Part shown: positions 11,649-25,710 of the stretch, piece by piece
Numbering within the stretch: position 1 is the first letter of the stretch
Layout: each line of letters begins with the position of its first letter
NCBI GenBank assembly: GCA_964199315.1
Contig: OZ116706.1
Location: 9,672,001-9,736,000, forward strand
From: Orbicella franksi
Taxonomy: Eukaryota
Direction of reading: 5' to 3'
DNA: 64,000 bases
Made by a program: the position numbers and the translations under genes
Notes under the pieces: generated by a model
Seen by the model: only the letters and a program-made list of their open reading frames with translations
Told to the model about the DNA's origin: nothing
The model's database searches: none

Positions 11649-14158
11649 TTGGCCTCCTCTCGGAATTTTATCGAATGAGAAAAAGCTACAGCTCTAGACA
11701 AACCTAGTGGCACATTATTTCCATCTCTCTCTCCCCCCGTCACAACACCTATAAGTTTCTAGTTTCTTTTAGGTCTTCTCGTCACTTTAGGATATATTCT
11801 TGTTGTGTGGTAAATAAGAGATATATAAACTGTTGACTATGCAACAAAATTAGTCTTAAAGGGGATAGGGAGAGGCAACTTTAAAATCTTTACTGTAAGC
11901 ACTGAAAATTAGCTCCAGCAAAGTTATGATACAAGTATAGCTCTTGGCTAGTTATTTACATCATATTGGTTATCATTGGAAATCTGTGAGGTAGACGTTT
12001 TGAGTGTTACCCTTTAATATTCACCAATTCCCACCGTGAGCATTTAAGCCACTTTTGCTTGGGGTCCAGTAAGCATCAGCAAGATGACTGACTTGTCTGC
12101 AGGCGTCGTTGCGTAGAAAAAGGGGCCCAGGCTGCTTGATAGTCTCGCGCCGCCTGTTTAGCGCGCCCATTTTGCGGGTCACAACGAGAGACGTCTGTGT
12201 CGAGGCGGAGCAAGACCAGTCCTTTATTTTGAATCCTTTATCTCCAGAAAGAGGAAAGGAGTACTGCTATACCACGGGTAAGTCTTGATGTACGATCAAA
12301 TTCTCAGAATTAAGATATAGAAAAATGCAAAAAATCTGAAGGGGAAATTCATTATTTCTGTTACAGGAAGGGTACGGTTAACACAATCATAAAAGGCGCG
12401 CGTGGCGTGGTTCGACGTCGTGCTCTGAGGAAAGACACTTCAGTACAACTCACATAAGAAGGGTATCGTTGACCTGTAGGAGTCTCAATCCAGCTAGCGC
12501 TATTTTCCCTGATCCACTATACCGAAAAAAGATGGGGACTGGTTCGATTCACCCGTTATTGTTAGCGCACAAAAACCCTAACAACGCTCAAAAAATACAG
12601 AAACGTTCCAAACAATTCAAACCAAACATACACGACGTTGCTAATAAGGAAACAATATTGCAACAAAGGACCTTTTTTACATACCTAATGGATCATTCCC
12701 GAATTACCTTTAACCTCTTTCACAAAGCGAGTCTTGGTGCCCATCCTTTCCTATGAAAATGAGATTTCATTCACATGCAAGTTAAACTCAATTTCATATA
12801 AATGGTTGTTGCACCAGGCCTCGCTTTGATGGAGAGGCTTAGGTCAGCTCGGAATGGGATGTGACAGGTTCGCTGGGTGTGGTAAAAGGTACAGTCGCCA
12901 GCTGTTTCCCGCAGTGGAGTACTGCCGAACAGCTGAACAGCAGACTATCAGGATAAAAATTGATATGCATATGCACTGGGTTCGTATTTAACTGTGCTGG
13001 CAGCTAAATTAAATGACACCAAGAATTCACCATCAATTCATTTTAAACTCGTTTATATTTAATAAAATATCTTATCTTATACTTACTACACTGGCACGAA
13101 TTTCATTACCTGCCTATTAAAAGCTATTGCTTAAAGATACTGTTCTGCGATCTCTTTTCTTTTTTTCCTCTTTTTTATGATGAAACAATCTTTTTTTTAA
13201 TGAAATAGCCGACAAAATTCCAACGTCAACGGAAACAAAAAGAACAACTGTGCTATAATATACTGTGCATGAATAGTTGCTAACTACCTCTACAGCTGAC
13301 CAGCGCCATTTTTGTCATGTATAGTGCCGTAGTTTTAGTGTGTTGACAGCCTTGAATGTAGTAGCAAGGAGAACATGGGGAAGAGGATAAAATGTAACCG
13401 GTGTGGAGGGCTTACCGGGAAGGAGTTGGTGGGTGGCACTAAGATGTAATGGTTGAGGATTTTATCTCAGTGCCCATTTTCTCCTCACAACCAACCTCAA
13501 CATACTGTAGTCTAAATGGTCGGTTCTAATAACTATTGTTTGTTCGACTGCGTGTGACTACTTACAGCAACCATTCTTAATAGGTACCGTGCAAAAAAAA
13601 AAAAAAAAAAAAAGTCACGTATTCTAACGTCGACTTGTCCAAAAGCTCCTGGCTAATCAAACAGTTTCGCTAAACTGCAACCAATTTACATCTTTACAAA
13701 AATATGTCTGCACAAAATATTCAAATCAAATTGGCTCGATGTTATCAAGCTTACTCTCTAAATCCACACTACTCTAATTTCATATTATAATTCAATCTAT
13801 AACCGCATGTTTGAAATTTCATTTCACGAGATAATTTCATTTTTCCTAGTAATGACCACTTCATCCTAAGATAATCACAAACCTGGCAAACTCAAAAAAA
13901 GCCCCCAATGTAACAAATGCTGATTAAAACCCTTTTTTACACAAAGTTAATTAAAGAAATCTATGAACACTAAACCCATATCTAACAAATTTCTGATACA
14001 TATTTTCATAACCTACGCAGACTCAACATAAATGATGAAACCTAGAGAATTGCACATAACTTCTCTAGAGAGTTTGTTTACCCTTCCTAATAAATTCGAA
14101 TATTTTTAGTTACTCCTTTCCTGACTTGGTGTCGTAGATTCTTTTCCTCTTAAAAAAG

Positions 14159-17100
14159 TTACGCTTCGTCAGAAATGAACTCAAATCTCTTTCCTTCTAC
14201 CGGATTAGAGCTGGTGCGAGACCGTCTCCTGAAAATTCTGTTCATGAAACCGTCTGGTTCGCTATCCAAGGAGTCGTTAGGAGCTGTGTTTAACATGGTG
14301 TAACCAGACCAGAAGTTTCTTGAGCCCATGTCCATATCCTCTACTTCCGGTTTTTTGTACCTTTAAGAGAGAGAGAACAAAAGTCTCTGTTAGTCAATAT
14401 AGCGTCTACGTGGAATCAGTGTTGAGAGCGCATTCTCTCTGCTTCCTAGAACTCACAAAGGGTTTTCTAACGAGTGTCAAGGAAAGAAAACCGATGAAAT
14501 CACAAAGCCAATCACAGAAGCGCCAACAGGCACAATGAACCAATCAGAATTCGACGTTACATTAGGTAGCAAAAAGCACGGGAAGTCGTGCACATACGTG
14601 TTTCATTTAATAGTGTTTAAGGAAAAAGCCATTCCCAGGTTACCTTTCCAGAGTTTACGTAACCGGAAATGAATTATTTCGAAAATTTATAAAGGAGATC
14701 ACAAAACATCAGACTTAAAGATGTCCAACACTTACAATTTAAGCATGAGTGACGAGGCAACAACAGACACTGAAGAAGCCGCCATCGCAATACTCGCCAT
14801 CCATGGCTTCATGACCACGCCCAGGGGTTCAAACGCTCCGGCAGCTAACGGGATTCCGATCATGTTGTAGATGAGCGCAAATAGAAAGTTGATGTAAATT
14901 CGACGGACTGTCACGCGGGACAGGTCGATGGCCACGGCTACATCCATTAGATCGCTCTACAAACAACACAGAATAACAGAGAGGTAAGTTAGAGTTCGAC
15001 AAACGGATTTCAGATTTGTTATGCGTCCGTCGCCTTAACGATTTAGCAGTAGATCAACTCGAGTGATTTTCCAAAAAAAAAAAAAAAAAGAAAAAACAGC
15101 GCTTTCCTGTTCGACTTTACGGAAAAAGCCGCGTAATGTTGCAAAAAAAGTGTGCACTCTAAAATATTTCAATCGCAAGGCTATCGCATTTAATTACTAT
15201 ACATTTCTTTCATTGCCAGTTGTGCTGTTCTTTACTTTCATCAGCTATTTGCACGACGATGCAGGATACCGTTGGAGGAAATTAAAACTCGACCACTTTC
15301 GCGACTTTGTTACCTTGATTAACACGACATCAGCCGCCTCCACAGCCACATCTGTTCCGGTACCGATGGCGATGCCGACATGGGCCTGAGCCAGTGCAGG
15401 GGAGTCGTTCACACCGTCTCCAACCATGGCTACAATAAACTTCTTGTCTTGAAGGGAACGAACTTTTTCCACTTTGTGCGAGGGCAGAACCTCGGCAAAC
15501 ACCTGCTCTATTCCAACCTACAGGTTCATCAAAGGCGGTAACTTTTAACACAATCAAGTGGTCTGATTTCACTCGTCATGCAACAATGAGATATGACCCA
15601 GAGTGACGCCCCAGAAAGGACACTAATGTATAGCATAACCAATTCCTATAGGTGCTGGAGATGCTGGGGTTTATGGCGATCTATTGATTTTTGCAATTCG
15701 AGCGGAAAACAATAAACCAAAGAGGCACACAGAGAGCCTGAAAACAAAACTGAGGTGGTACAAAAATATATACAGATTCATAGATTTGGGAAAAAAGGTT
15801 TTGTATAACCATCAGACAAACCAGAGTATCCTTCCTTGCAGGAATATTTTTAACGTAACTAAAATCGCCATGCCCACACAATGGTTTCTTTCACGTCATT
15901 GCAATATTTTTTTCAGAGTAGTACTTGAAGAGTTTCTACCAGAAAACTGAGCAGTTCTGTTTGCTTCACTTTTAATCATCGTGATAGTGCTGGCGCGCAA
16001 AACAAGCAACCAACATAGTTAAGACACACCTTAATTACATGAAATTTTTGGCGAAATTGTCGCGAAAGATAAGTGTCGTGAACACTAAGTGACGGTCGTT
16101 ATGTCCAGTATTAAAGGAAGCATAAATTTATTACACTAAAACATACCATGTTAAAGTTAAAAAAGAGCTTAAACGAAGACAAACTGTTTTCTTTCAACGA
16201 CTCTGTAATGCACTAAAAATTGTTTCTCGACTGGTTCTCACAAGGCAGGAAAACTATGTTGACGCAATTCTTAAATGGCAACAAAAACAAGCAACTTGTG
16301 TTGGTAAACAACTGACCTGCTTGGCGATAGCGAAAGCTGTCTTCTTGTTATCGCCGGTCAGCAAGACAACACGTATTCCCATTTTCTTCAGAGTGGCTAC
16401 TGTGGCCTGAGCCTCGTGTTTAACCGTGTCGGCTACAGCCATCATGGCTACAAGGAGACCTAATGGGACAAAAGTGTCTCAGAGTTAGAATTCTGCTATA
16501 CAAAGGTTTTACTCGGCCGGTAGAACCTCAGGGTTAGCGTTAGGTTTACCAAAATCTAGGCTCATCCAATTACCTGAGACAACAGAAAAGAGTTTCCCCC
16601 AACTTACACAGTAAGAATCAATAGCTCATCACGCAAACCATTCTTGAAGATTGCGTGACAAGAACATCTTCACAGTCCTGATTCTTACCGTCAATGCCGA
16701 CGAGTACAGCGGTATGTCCCTTTTCTTCATGCTCCTGCATAGCGTCTTCCATCTCATCAGTGACCTCCAGGCCGTTCTGCTGCATCCAATCTCGGTTGCC
16801 AATGATCACGTGACAAGCGACTGGTTCTCTGGGAGTCACGCTATCTTCCCTAACTTCTGCTGCAAAATAAAAACACAGTCACAAAAATTGAGTATTGAAA
16901 GTGGATAAACAGACCGATTCTAAATTAATGAGAAGCTTGTCTACAAGATAAAAGAGCGATAACAGACAACGGGAACAGAGAGAGCGTGGGTCTACACTGA
17001 ACGTTTGGGTGAAACCGAGTTGAGATCTAAGGTCACACAAGTTATCGAGTTTTCCTCAACTAACTCAATGTTGAATCGGCAGATGTAACCACAAAGTAGC

Positions 17101-20100
17101 AATATTCGTTTCGCGTAAAAGCATAAGGCTGGTCACAAATAAAGGTTCTTACATAGCGCACATATCACAATTGTACCATGGTAATTCAACTACATTTGTG
17201 AGAGTGAGATCGGACATCGTTTAGCAAAGGCGCCTCTGGATGCTGCTGTCAGTTTGTTTATGATCTCACCTCGCCTACCCGGCCCATGGTAGCCAGCGAG
17301 AGATCAGATAGGACCACAACACAGGGAACTCCGCGTTCCACTGTTATCGAAGAATGTCGGGTTCTTTATCGTGCCCCTTGAGACGCAACCATCTTGGTGA
17401 TCTGGCCGGGATTCTCACGAAAAAGCAGGCGCCAACCAACTAAGCTAACTCTTACGTTATACAGTTCAGTTATATCTCACCATTATCACTTTCGCTGATC
17501 ACCGATGCCGGATCAATATCCTGGCTCTCATCTATCACAACTCCGTCAACCTTGACAGTCAGGTTTTTCTTGTTTTTGTCCTTGACAGTCTTGGGCTTTA
17601 TCAACTCCTCGACACCGCTGACCTTGCAGGACAAACCGTACCCAGGCACGGCTTTGAAATCAGTACACTGGGCAAGAGTTTCGGTCTGAAGTTGCTGATG
17701 AATGGTATACGAGTATTTAGCTTACATGACGTCACAATCAGTAACATGACATAACAAAGATTGTCTTCAATTTCAAACTTTTTGGGGAGGCGCAGCGACC
17801 TCATGGTAAGTGCACTCGCCTCCAGGTCGAGCGGTCTGGGATCGAGCCCTGATCAGGTACATTGTGTTGTGTTCTTGGGCAAGACACTTTACTCTCACAA
17901 TGGGCACCTCTCTACACCCAGGCGTAAAAATGGGTACCAGCAAATTTAATGCTGAGGGATAACCCTGCGACTCCTCCCTGGATGGGACGCAGTCGCTTCA
18001 TGCTACTGAAACCGGAGATAAGCACCAGCCTGATGGGCCACTTAGCTCGTATGCAGACTTAATCTTTCACACCTGGTGGGTGTCGCATTATCTTGCATCG
18101 TGATATCATGCGCTAAGTAGCTTTCACAAGAGGTAAATTGTTAACATACCTGCTTGGCATAATTGGTAATGGCCAGACCAATGGGATGCTCGCTGTGGTT
18201 TTCTGCAGTGCCTGTCACTGCCAGCAGCATTTCCAAGCTACACTGGCCTGGTTTAACAAACAGAGCAGTCTTCACCACTTCTGGGGAACCGTGTGTCAGA
18301 GTGCCTGTCTTGTCGAACACCACAGCATTGACCTGCAAATGTAAGATGGCTCTGCATAAGTGAACTGAAATATGCCTTGGAATTCTGGAGGTCCCTGGTT
18401 CAAATCCTCCAGCCTACCGCTATCTGGATTTGCTCTCGGTAGTCCCGAGTTCAACTCCTCAGCCACTTGTGAAAACAGCCAACTGGTCAGCCTCCTACCA
18501 GTTGCATTTCTTAATAGTTTACCTTCTATTTGCAATATTTGTTTATTTATTTACATTGTTCCCATCTAGCAGAACAGCCGAGTGCTAAATAAATTTGATA
18601 CTTAAATAAAGTTGTTTGTTTGATTATTATTATTTTTTTGCAACATTTGTTTATTTATTTACATTGTCCCCATCTAGCAGAACAGTCGAGTGCTACATAA
18701 ATTTGACACTTAAATAAAGTTGTTTGTTTGATTATTATTATTTTTTTGCAACATTTGTTTATTTATTTACATTGTCCCCATCTAGCAGAACAGTCGAGTG
18801 CTACATAAATTTGACACTTAAATAAAGTTGTTTATTTGATTATTATTTTTTATCTATTTTGATGTCCAAAGAAAGAAATTTGACTTGCAATTAATGAACT
18901 CCTAAGCGGCCTGTACGCGGTTGCCTGTAAAACTTTTCTTTACTGAGTTGCATTTTGCCTATGTTTAATTGATATTCAAAACGAGTCTTCAAACGAAAAT
19001 GAGATTTATTTGCATGAATAAGAATGAAATTGCAGGCAGAACACATTTTAATATCCATGGTTTACAGAAGACTTAACACATAAGCAAAGACAACTATTTT
19101 AAAAGAAGTTAAAATTGAACAATTTTAAAGTCACCTTATGTGCAGTCTCCAGTGGTTCTCCTCCCTTGATAAGTATTCCATTCTGAGCTCCAATGCCTGT
19201 GCCCACCATGACAGCTGTTGGGGTGGCCAGACCAAGGGCGCAGGGGCATGCAATGGCCAGCACTGTTATACCGATCTGAAAAGCGAAGGCGAACACGAAC
19301 TCTATCCTGTTATCCTTGCTGGCCTGCGGAGAAAGAAACAAGGAGGATTAAACATACAAATTAAGAACCTACGTGGGCTACATTGGCTTTTGACTGTATT
19401 GGGCTGGACTAACTAAACAAGTCAAATTTCGCATCAATGGACCTTTTCAGCAGTACGGCGGCCATTTTGAGTTTTATTGTTTCAAATAGCTATTATGGGA
19501 TGCTCAGGGGGCAAATTAGTATGTATTTGCCCCCTGAGCATCCCATAATAGCTATTTGAAACAACAGAATTCAAAATGGCCACCACATCAATATTAAGGT
19601 TCATTGAACCAAATGTGATTACAAGCTTTATAATAGTTAATCTCTTAATGATTGGTGCAGGCCGTAATCAGTCTACTGTACGGCCCACTAAAATTTCAAG
19701 CTGTTCCAGTTGTCGCCAAAACATCTCGTGATTTTCCCTAAGTTTGCATAACGTTCATGGCAAATAAACTAGCAACAGATTCGTGGCAAGGCAAAGCCAG
19801 CTCAGTGTCACAAACTATGGCAAACAACACTCACATCATAGGTTTTCCTTAGCAACGTGATGTCCACAAATCCAATAACAAGCCAGACGACCCATGTCGC
19901 GATTGAGATAACAACAACAGTGGGAACAAAATACGCTGACAACTTGTCTGCAAACTTCTGAATCGGGGCCTGCAAGCGATTGACAATTTCTCTTTTTAGA
20001 CAGAAACAAAAAGATTATCCAAGGAGATATCAAAATGAGATATTCCACACCATGAGTATGAACTTGGCTAGTGCACTGGATTTCAGAGTTTTGGACAAGA

Positions 20101-23100
20101 CAAATTCTTTTCAAAGTGCTTCTCTTCACCCAAATGTATAAATGGGTACCAGCCACTAATTAGGTAAAATCTGAGAAAAAAAGTACTCGGTAGGATACCT
20201 GCAATGGACTGCCTAGAAAATAAGATAAGTAACAATGCGAGAAGTATCACACAAAACTGAGTTAAGCATCGACACTGACAAAAACGTCAGGGCGTGGTTG
20301 TTTTAAAGCTTATTACCGCCGACACCAATGAAATGGTTTATTCAAGTTTATTTTCTCTAGTATAAATTAAAGTAGGTATTTTTTCCAGTGGTAACCAGGG
20401 TTTGAGATCAGTAAATACTAAAACTGAAAAACTCAAATGTAGACTGAAAACCTACATGTAAGTCATTGTTACAGAACTGGAATTTTACAATTTACGCGAT
20501 TCCTGGATGAGCTTGACCATGCTTTGGACAACCGGGCCCAGCCAGTTTGACCGTTGGCAGGTTAGTAAGATCTTTTATCGTGTGATTTCAAGGGTAAAGG
20601 GCCACTTGTTTGTTGGTGTCTACCATCATGTGCCACCTTCTCTAAATAAAGCTGCTCATGAACTTACTTACTTTAATTGACCTGAGAGAAACTAAAGATT
20701 TGTGCCTAGGTCAACATGTTCCTGCATTTTCTACTTGACTTGTAAATCAAATGCAACACTTCCAATTTCACGCTTACCTTGGAAGTTTGAGCCTCCTCAA
20801 CTAACTTCACAATCTGTGACAGTGTAGTGTCCTGACCCACATGAGTAGCCTCGATCAATAAGGATCCATTTTGATTGATAGTTCCACCAATCACAGAGTC
20901 TCCTGGTTTCTTGATGACAGGCATGGATTCTCCTGTGATCAAGGATTCGTCTGCAGTGGATGTTCCTTGAAGAACTTTGCAGTCAACCGGTATTTTAGCT
21001 CCTGGGACAACCTTGACGAAAACAAAATGCACATGCCATCTTATTCAGCGTCCACACTACGCCGGAGGAATTTGAAATCACAGCTTTATTTCCACGGTTA
21101 GTCCCAGTGTCCACACTAATCCGTCACGAAAACAGGGAGTTTTGAAAACGCTATTCAAACCAGAGGACTTTGAAAATGCGGGTTTTTCGTTTTCATGCGG
21201 ACAGGGACATTGTGTTGTGTTCTTGGGCAAGACACTTAACTCTCACAATGCCTCTCTACACCCAGGTGTATAAATGGGTACTGCTGAATCTAATGCTGAG
21301 GGGTAACCCTGCAATGGGGGGGGGGGGGGGGGGAGTAGAAATACTCCTAGTTGCTTCATGCTACAGAAATCAGGATAAGGTCAGGCCTGATGGGCCACTT
21401 GGCTCGTATGCAGACTTAACCTCACCTCACATGGTACTGCATACCTATTTTAAACTGCAGCTAATCACTTTTTCAAAAAAGGTAAGACAAATTCTTGGCA
21501 GGACATTTACCTTGAGCACGTCTCCACGCTGTACCAGATCAACATTGATGACCTTCTCACTGACCACAGTCATCGTCCCTGGCTGAAGTTTAACCAGCAG
21601 AGCCTCTGAAGGTTGTAACGACAACAGCTTAGCCAGCGCCTCTGATGTCTTCCCTTTTGCCACATGCTCCATCCAGCGACCAAGAGAAATGAACACCAAC
21701 AACATCGGTGGAGTGTCGAAGAATGTCATTGGGCTGTGGTTGCTCTTCTCTACCATGGCGACACCGACAACAACAATCTGGCACAGAATGGATTGGATAT
21801 GTAATGAGAAATTCAATTCTCAAAAGTGACCAAAATCTAAATTCCCCCTACACTATCAAAGAGGCAATCAGACAGGTGTACAGATGGAAAAGAACTTTTC
21901 ACTCAGCACCCATGCAAGTGTATTGCAATGAAAGAAAGTGTTTACATAAAAAACAGTTCAACTCCCACAGAATTGGTCAGCAACATGGCCGCGATTTCAT
22001 TGTTTTGGGACACCAATATGGCTGCTGTAATGTCATATGAAAACACCCTATAAAGAGTGTCATCTTTCAATTCACTGTGAGGATAAATATAAGTAATATT
22101 ACTCTCTGACTCTTAAAGTCGGCAAGCACAACACTCACGGAGTAAACATAAGCTATTGAGGTGGCCAGCATGATCAGCACATCCATGTTTGTTGTCCTGT
22201 GTTTCAGGGCCTTGTAAGCTGTCACATAAAAATACTGTCCACCAAAGACCTACAAAAAGAATGACACAAGAAAGATGTTAAAAGGAAAAAAAAAGTGGTT
22301 TTCTACCAATATCATTTTCATTACTTGGCTTAGACAAGAAAAATTGGCATGATTAACACATTTTATTACTTTCTAACATTTTGTCAATACATGTTTGTTT
22401 GCAAGATAAACAAATACTCCCAGGCGCTTAATGCTACAAAAACCAGAATGGGTCCCTGGGGTATGATCCACAGCGGGGCTTTTGCATTACCTTTAGGGTA
22501 TTGAGCAGAAAAAATATGACAGGAGATAATGTGTTGTTTTAGAATTGGTACCTCTTTGGAGTGAAAAAAAAAAAAAAAAATTTCAAGCCATGCCCACAAA
22601 ACAACATCCTGGTACCTCTCAGGGGTTCTGTTCAAAATTTCTGACGAGTACCCCCGTCTTTTTGATATGAGAGTCCCCCGACGTCAGGCCACTTGGCCTA
22701 ATGCAAACTTTTCCTCTTTATTCATGTAGCTAGTAAAAGCAATAACCAATTGCTTTGATTTCGAGTGTAGTCAATACTGACCTGAACTGGGGTACACAGG
22801 ATAAAAATCAAAAGGTTCTCCAGAGACAGACCAGGCAAGATCATTTGGTTTGGCCTCTTCTCCAGTTCATCCAGGATCACATAAGTGATAAATATCACAA
22901 ATGTTGGCACTCCAAATATCAGCGAAAACAGAAAGGATCGCCTCCACCTGAAAGGAGAGAAAAGTAATGAAATAAATATCCACCCAGGGGCAAATGCAAA
23001 GCCATGTATATATTTCCCAAAAATATTGTTATCTTTGTGCAGTATGAAAATGAGCTGCAATGAATGTTTCAAAATCATTAAGATGTCATTGTCAAGTTGA

Positions 23101-25672
23101 AAAATATGTCAAAACGTTGTTTCATATATTTGCTCATTTTCACATTGACATATTTTCTACAAGCCTTGCTTAAATCCAATGCATTGTATAAATCAACATA
23201 ATAAATCAAAACACTGAGCTAACATTGATATGGCTGAAAAGGTGTTGATGATGCTTCTAGTAAAGTTCTGCAATTTTCTTGCTCTATTTTCCACTTATTA
23301 TCTTCTATTGCCATGGTGCAATGTTCTGTGAAGGCCAATTTTGCCAGCTGAAAGAGAGCTTAAACTACTAAATTTTCAGAACAGAGAGCAAAATAAATGT
23401 GACAAACAACACAGAGAAATTTTAACATTTTGAGGTTGGGACTTCAAAGGTGTAAAAATCATTGTCTGAGGGAATTCTCACTTCGATGGCAGTAGATGAA
23501 ACGCTAGAGAGTGACCATTCAAACAAAAGCCATTGAGCATTTCTTGCACATGGTACTGTTTATAATGCTGTGCTAGGTGGCTCTTGCTTTACTGTGCAAT
23601 ATTATAATACAGTTATTTTTTAAAAAAATTCCAGTCCTCTTACTTGCTTATTTCCCTTGAATGATCTATCCTGTCTTTTTTCTTATCGTTTGTGTCCAGT
23701 GATGCTCCAAAACCCAGTGACTCAATCGCCTCTATGATGTCCCGAGGACCTGTCGTTTCTGTATCAAACACAAATCGGCCACTACTGGTTGCCAAAGCAA
23801 CTGATGCTCTCAGTATTCCTGGTCTCTTGCTGATGTTAGATTCTATCAAATGCACACAGGATGAACACGTCATGCCTGTTATCTGAAGATAGAATGCAAA
23901 CAAAAATAATTTTTTACACAGGCCACCATAGTTGAATTGACTGACTATAAATGTGTGGTTTACATGCAAGTCTAGAGATAAAATTAACCTGACTATATCA
24001 GTCCAAAATCAGTCACTATACTGTTTTTATGTTTTTTCGTTTTGTTTTGTTTTTTCTTTTGTTTTCCTGACGTTTTTCTTGTAATGCTGTACAAGGGAAT
24101 TCTAACTGAAACCCTAGTGTGTGACCATTCAAACAAAGCTATTGAGCAGCACTCTCAAGTGATACTGTTTATGTTCTACATACAAGATGGCTCGCGCTTT
24201 TAAGTGTACAAAAAGTAGAGGGTGGGCGAACTCACAATTAAGTCAACCGTGCCTTCTCCCTGCCCACTTTGATCCATCAAATCACAGCCATATCCCAATT
24301 CCTTCACATGGCAAACTATTTCATCTGCAGTGATCATTTTCTTGTCAAATTTGACTTCTGCTTTCTGTGCTAGTAGGCCAACAAGGACAGATTTTATTCC
24401 TGGAGGAAAGGTTAAAAGTAAAGAGATTCCATCATTAATTTATTACAGAAGATAAAAACAACCTCTTGCCCTGATAAAGTAGCAGATGCAGTTGTCAAGA
24501 CAAGATGGCATAAAAGTGCCAAAGTAAGACCTCTGTACAAATACCTGTACCATCCTGGAGAAAACAAAAGTGGCAACTGTAGGGAGGTGTCAAAAGTAAA
24601 TAATGTAAAAACAGTAAATGCAGTCAGTAGAAACAGTCACTGTGGGTATTTTGGCTCAACTACATCTCGCCAAAATACGAACCATGGCTCAACCAAACTT
24701 GCCTGATTCACTGCCAAAGCATACCCAAAAGGTGTATAAAAGGTAAAGGTAAAGACAGCATATGAGCCAACTGGCCCATCAGGCCAGTGCTCATCTCTGT
24801 AGCATGAAGCGACTAGGAGTATTTCTACTCCCCCCTGGGTGGGATGCTAGTCCATAGCAGGGTTACCCCCAACATTAAATTTGTCGGTACCAAATTAGGA
24901 CTGGATACATNNNNNNNNNNNNNNNNNNNNNNNNNNNNNNNNNNNNNNNNNNNNNNNNNNNNNNNNNNNNNNNNNNNNNNNNNNNNNNNNNNNNNNNNNN
25001 NNNNNNNNNNNNNNNNNNNNNNNNNNNNNNNNNNNNNNNNNNNNNNNNNNNNNNNNNNNNNNNNNNNNNTTTCTTCATGAGGCCTTTTTCAATGCTTCCC
25101 ACACATGATGCACATGTCATGCCAGTAATGTGTAGGTAGATCTTGTCCATATCTTCGTCACCTGTTAACTCCATGGTCTTCGGGGCGTCACGGTTTCTAC
25201 TAAAGGTCACCTGCCAATCACCTCCCAAGTTGTGCTCAACTGCCACGGCACCCGAACCCTCCTTACTTGATGCCTCGACATCTAATGAAAACAACATCAA
25301 AAATAGCAGAATAGCTTATTAAGTAACTTCTTTCTGGCAACTTAACAACATTCNNNNNNNNNNNNNNNNNNNNNNNNNNNNNNNNNNNNNNNNNNNNNNN
25401 NNNNNNNNNNNNNNNNNNNNNNNNNNNNNNNNNNNNNNNNNNNNNNNNNNNNNNNNNNNNNNNNNNNNNNNNNNNNNNNNNNNNNNNNNNNNNNNNNNNN
25501 NNNNNNNNNNAGGCAATATTAGAATAACAGAGCTACAGAAGACCGTCCTCCTCGGAACTGCTCACATAAAGGACTCTATCCATCAAGTAATCCAGCAGAC
25601 TTATGACTGCCCTAGGCTCATGGATTGAACTCGGCACCATAAGTCAAAAGCGGCAAGACTTTAAGGACTTAA

Positions 25673-25710
<38 letters not shown>

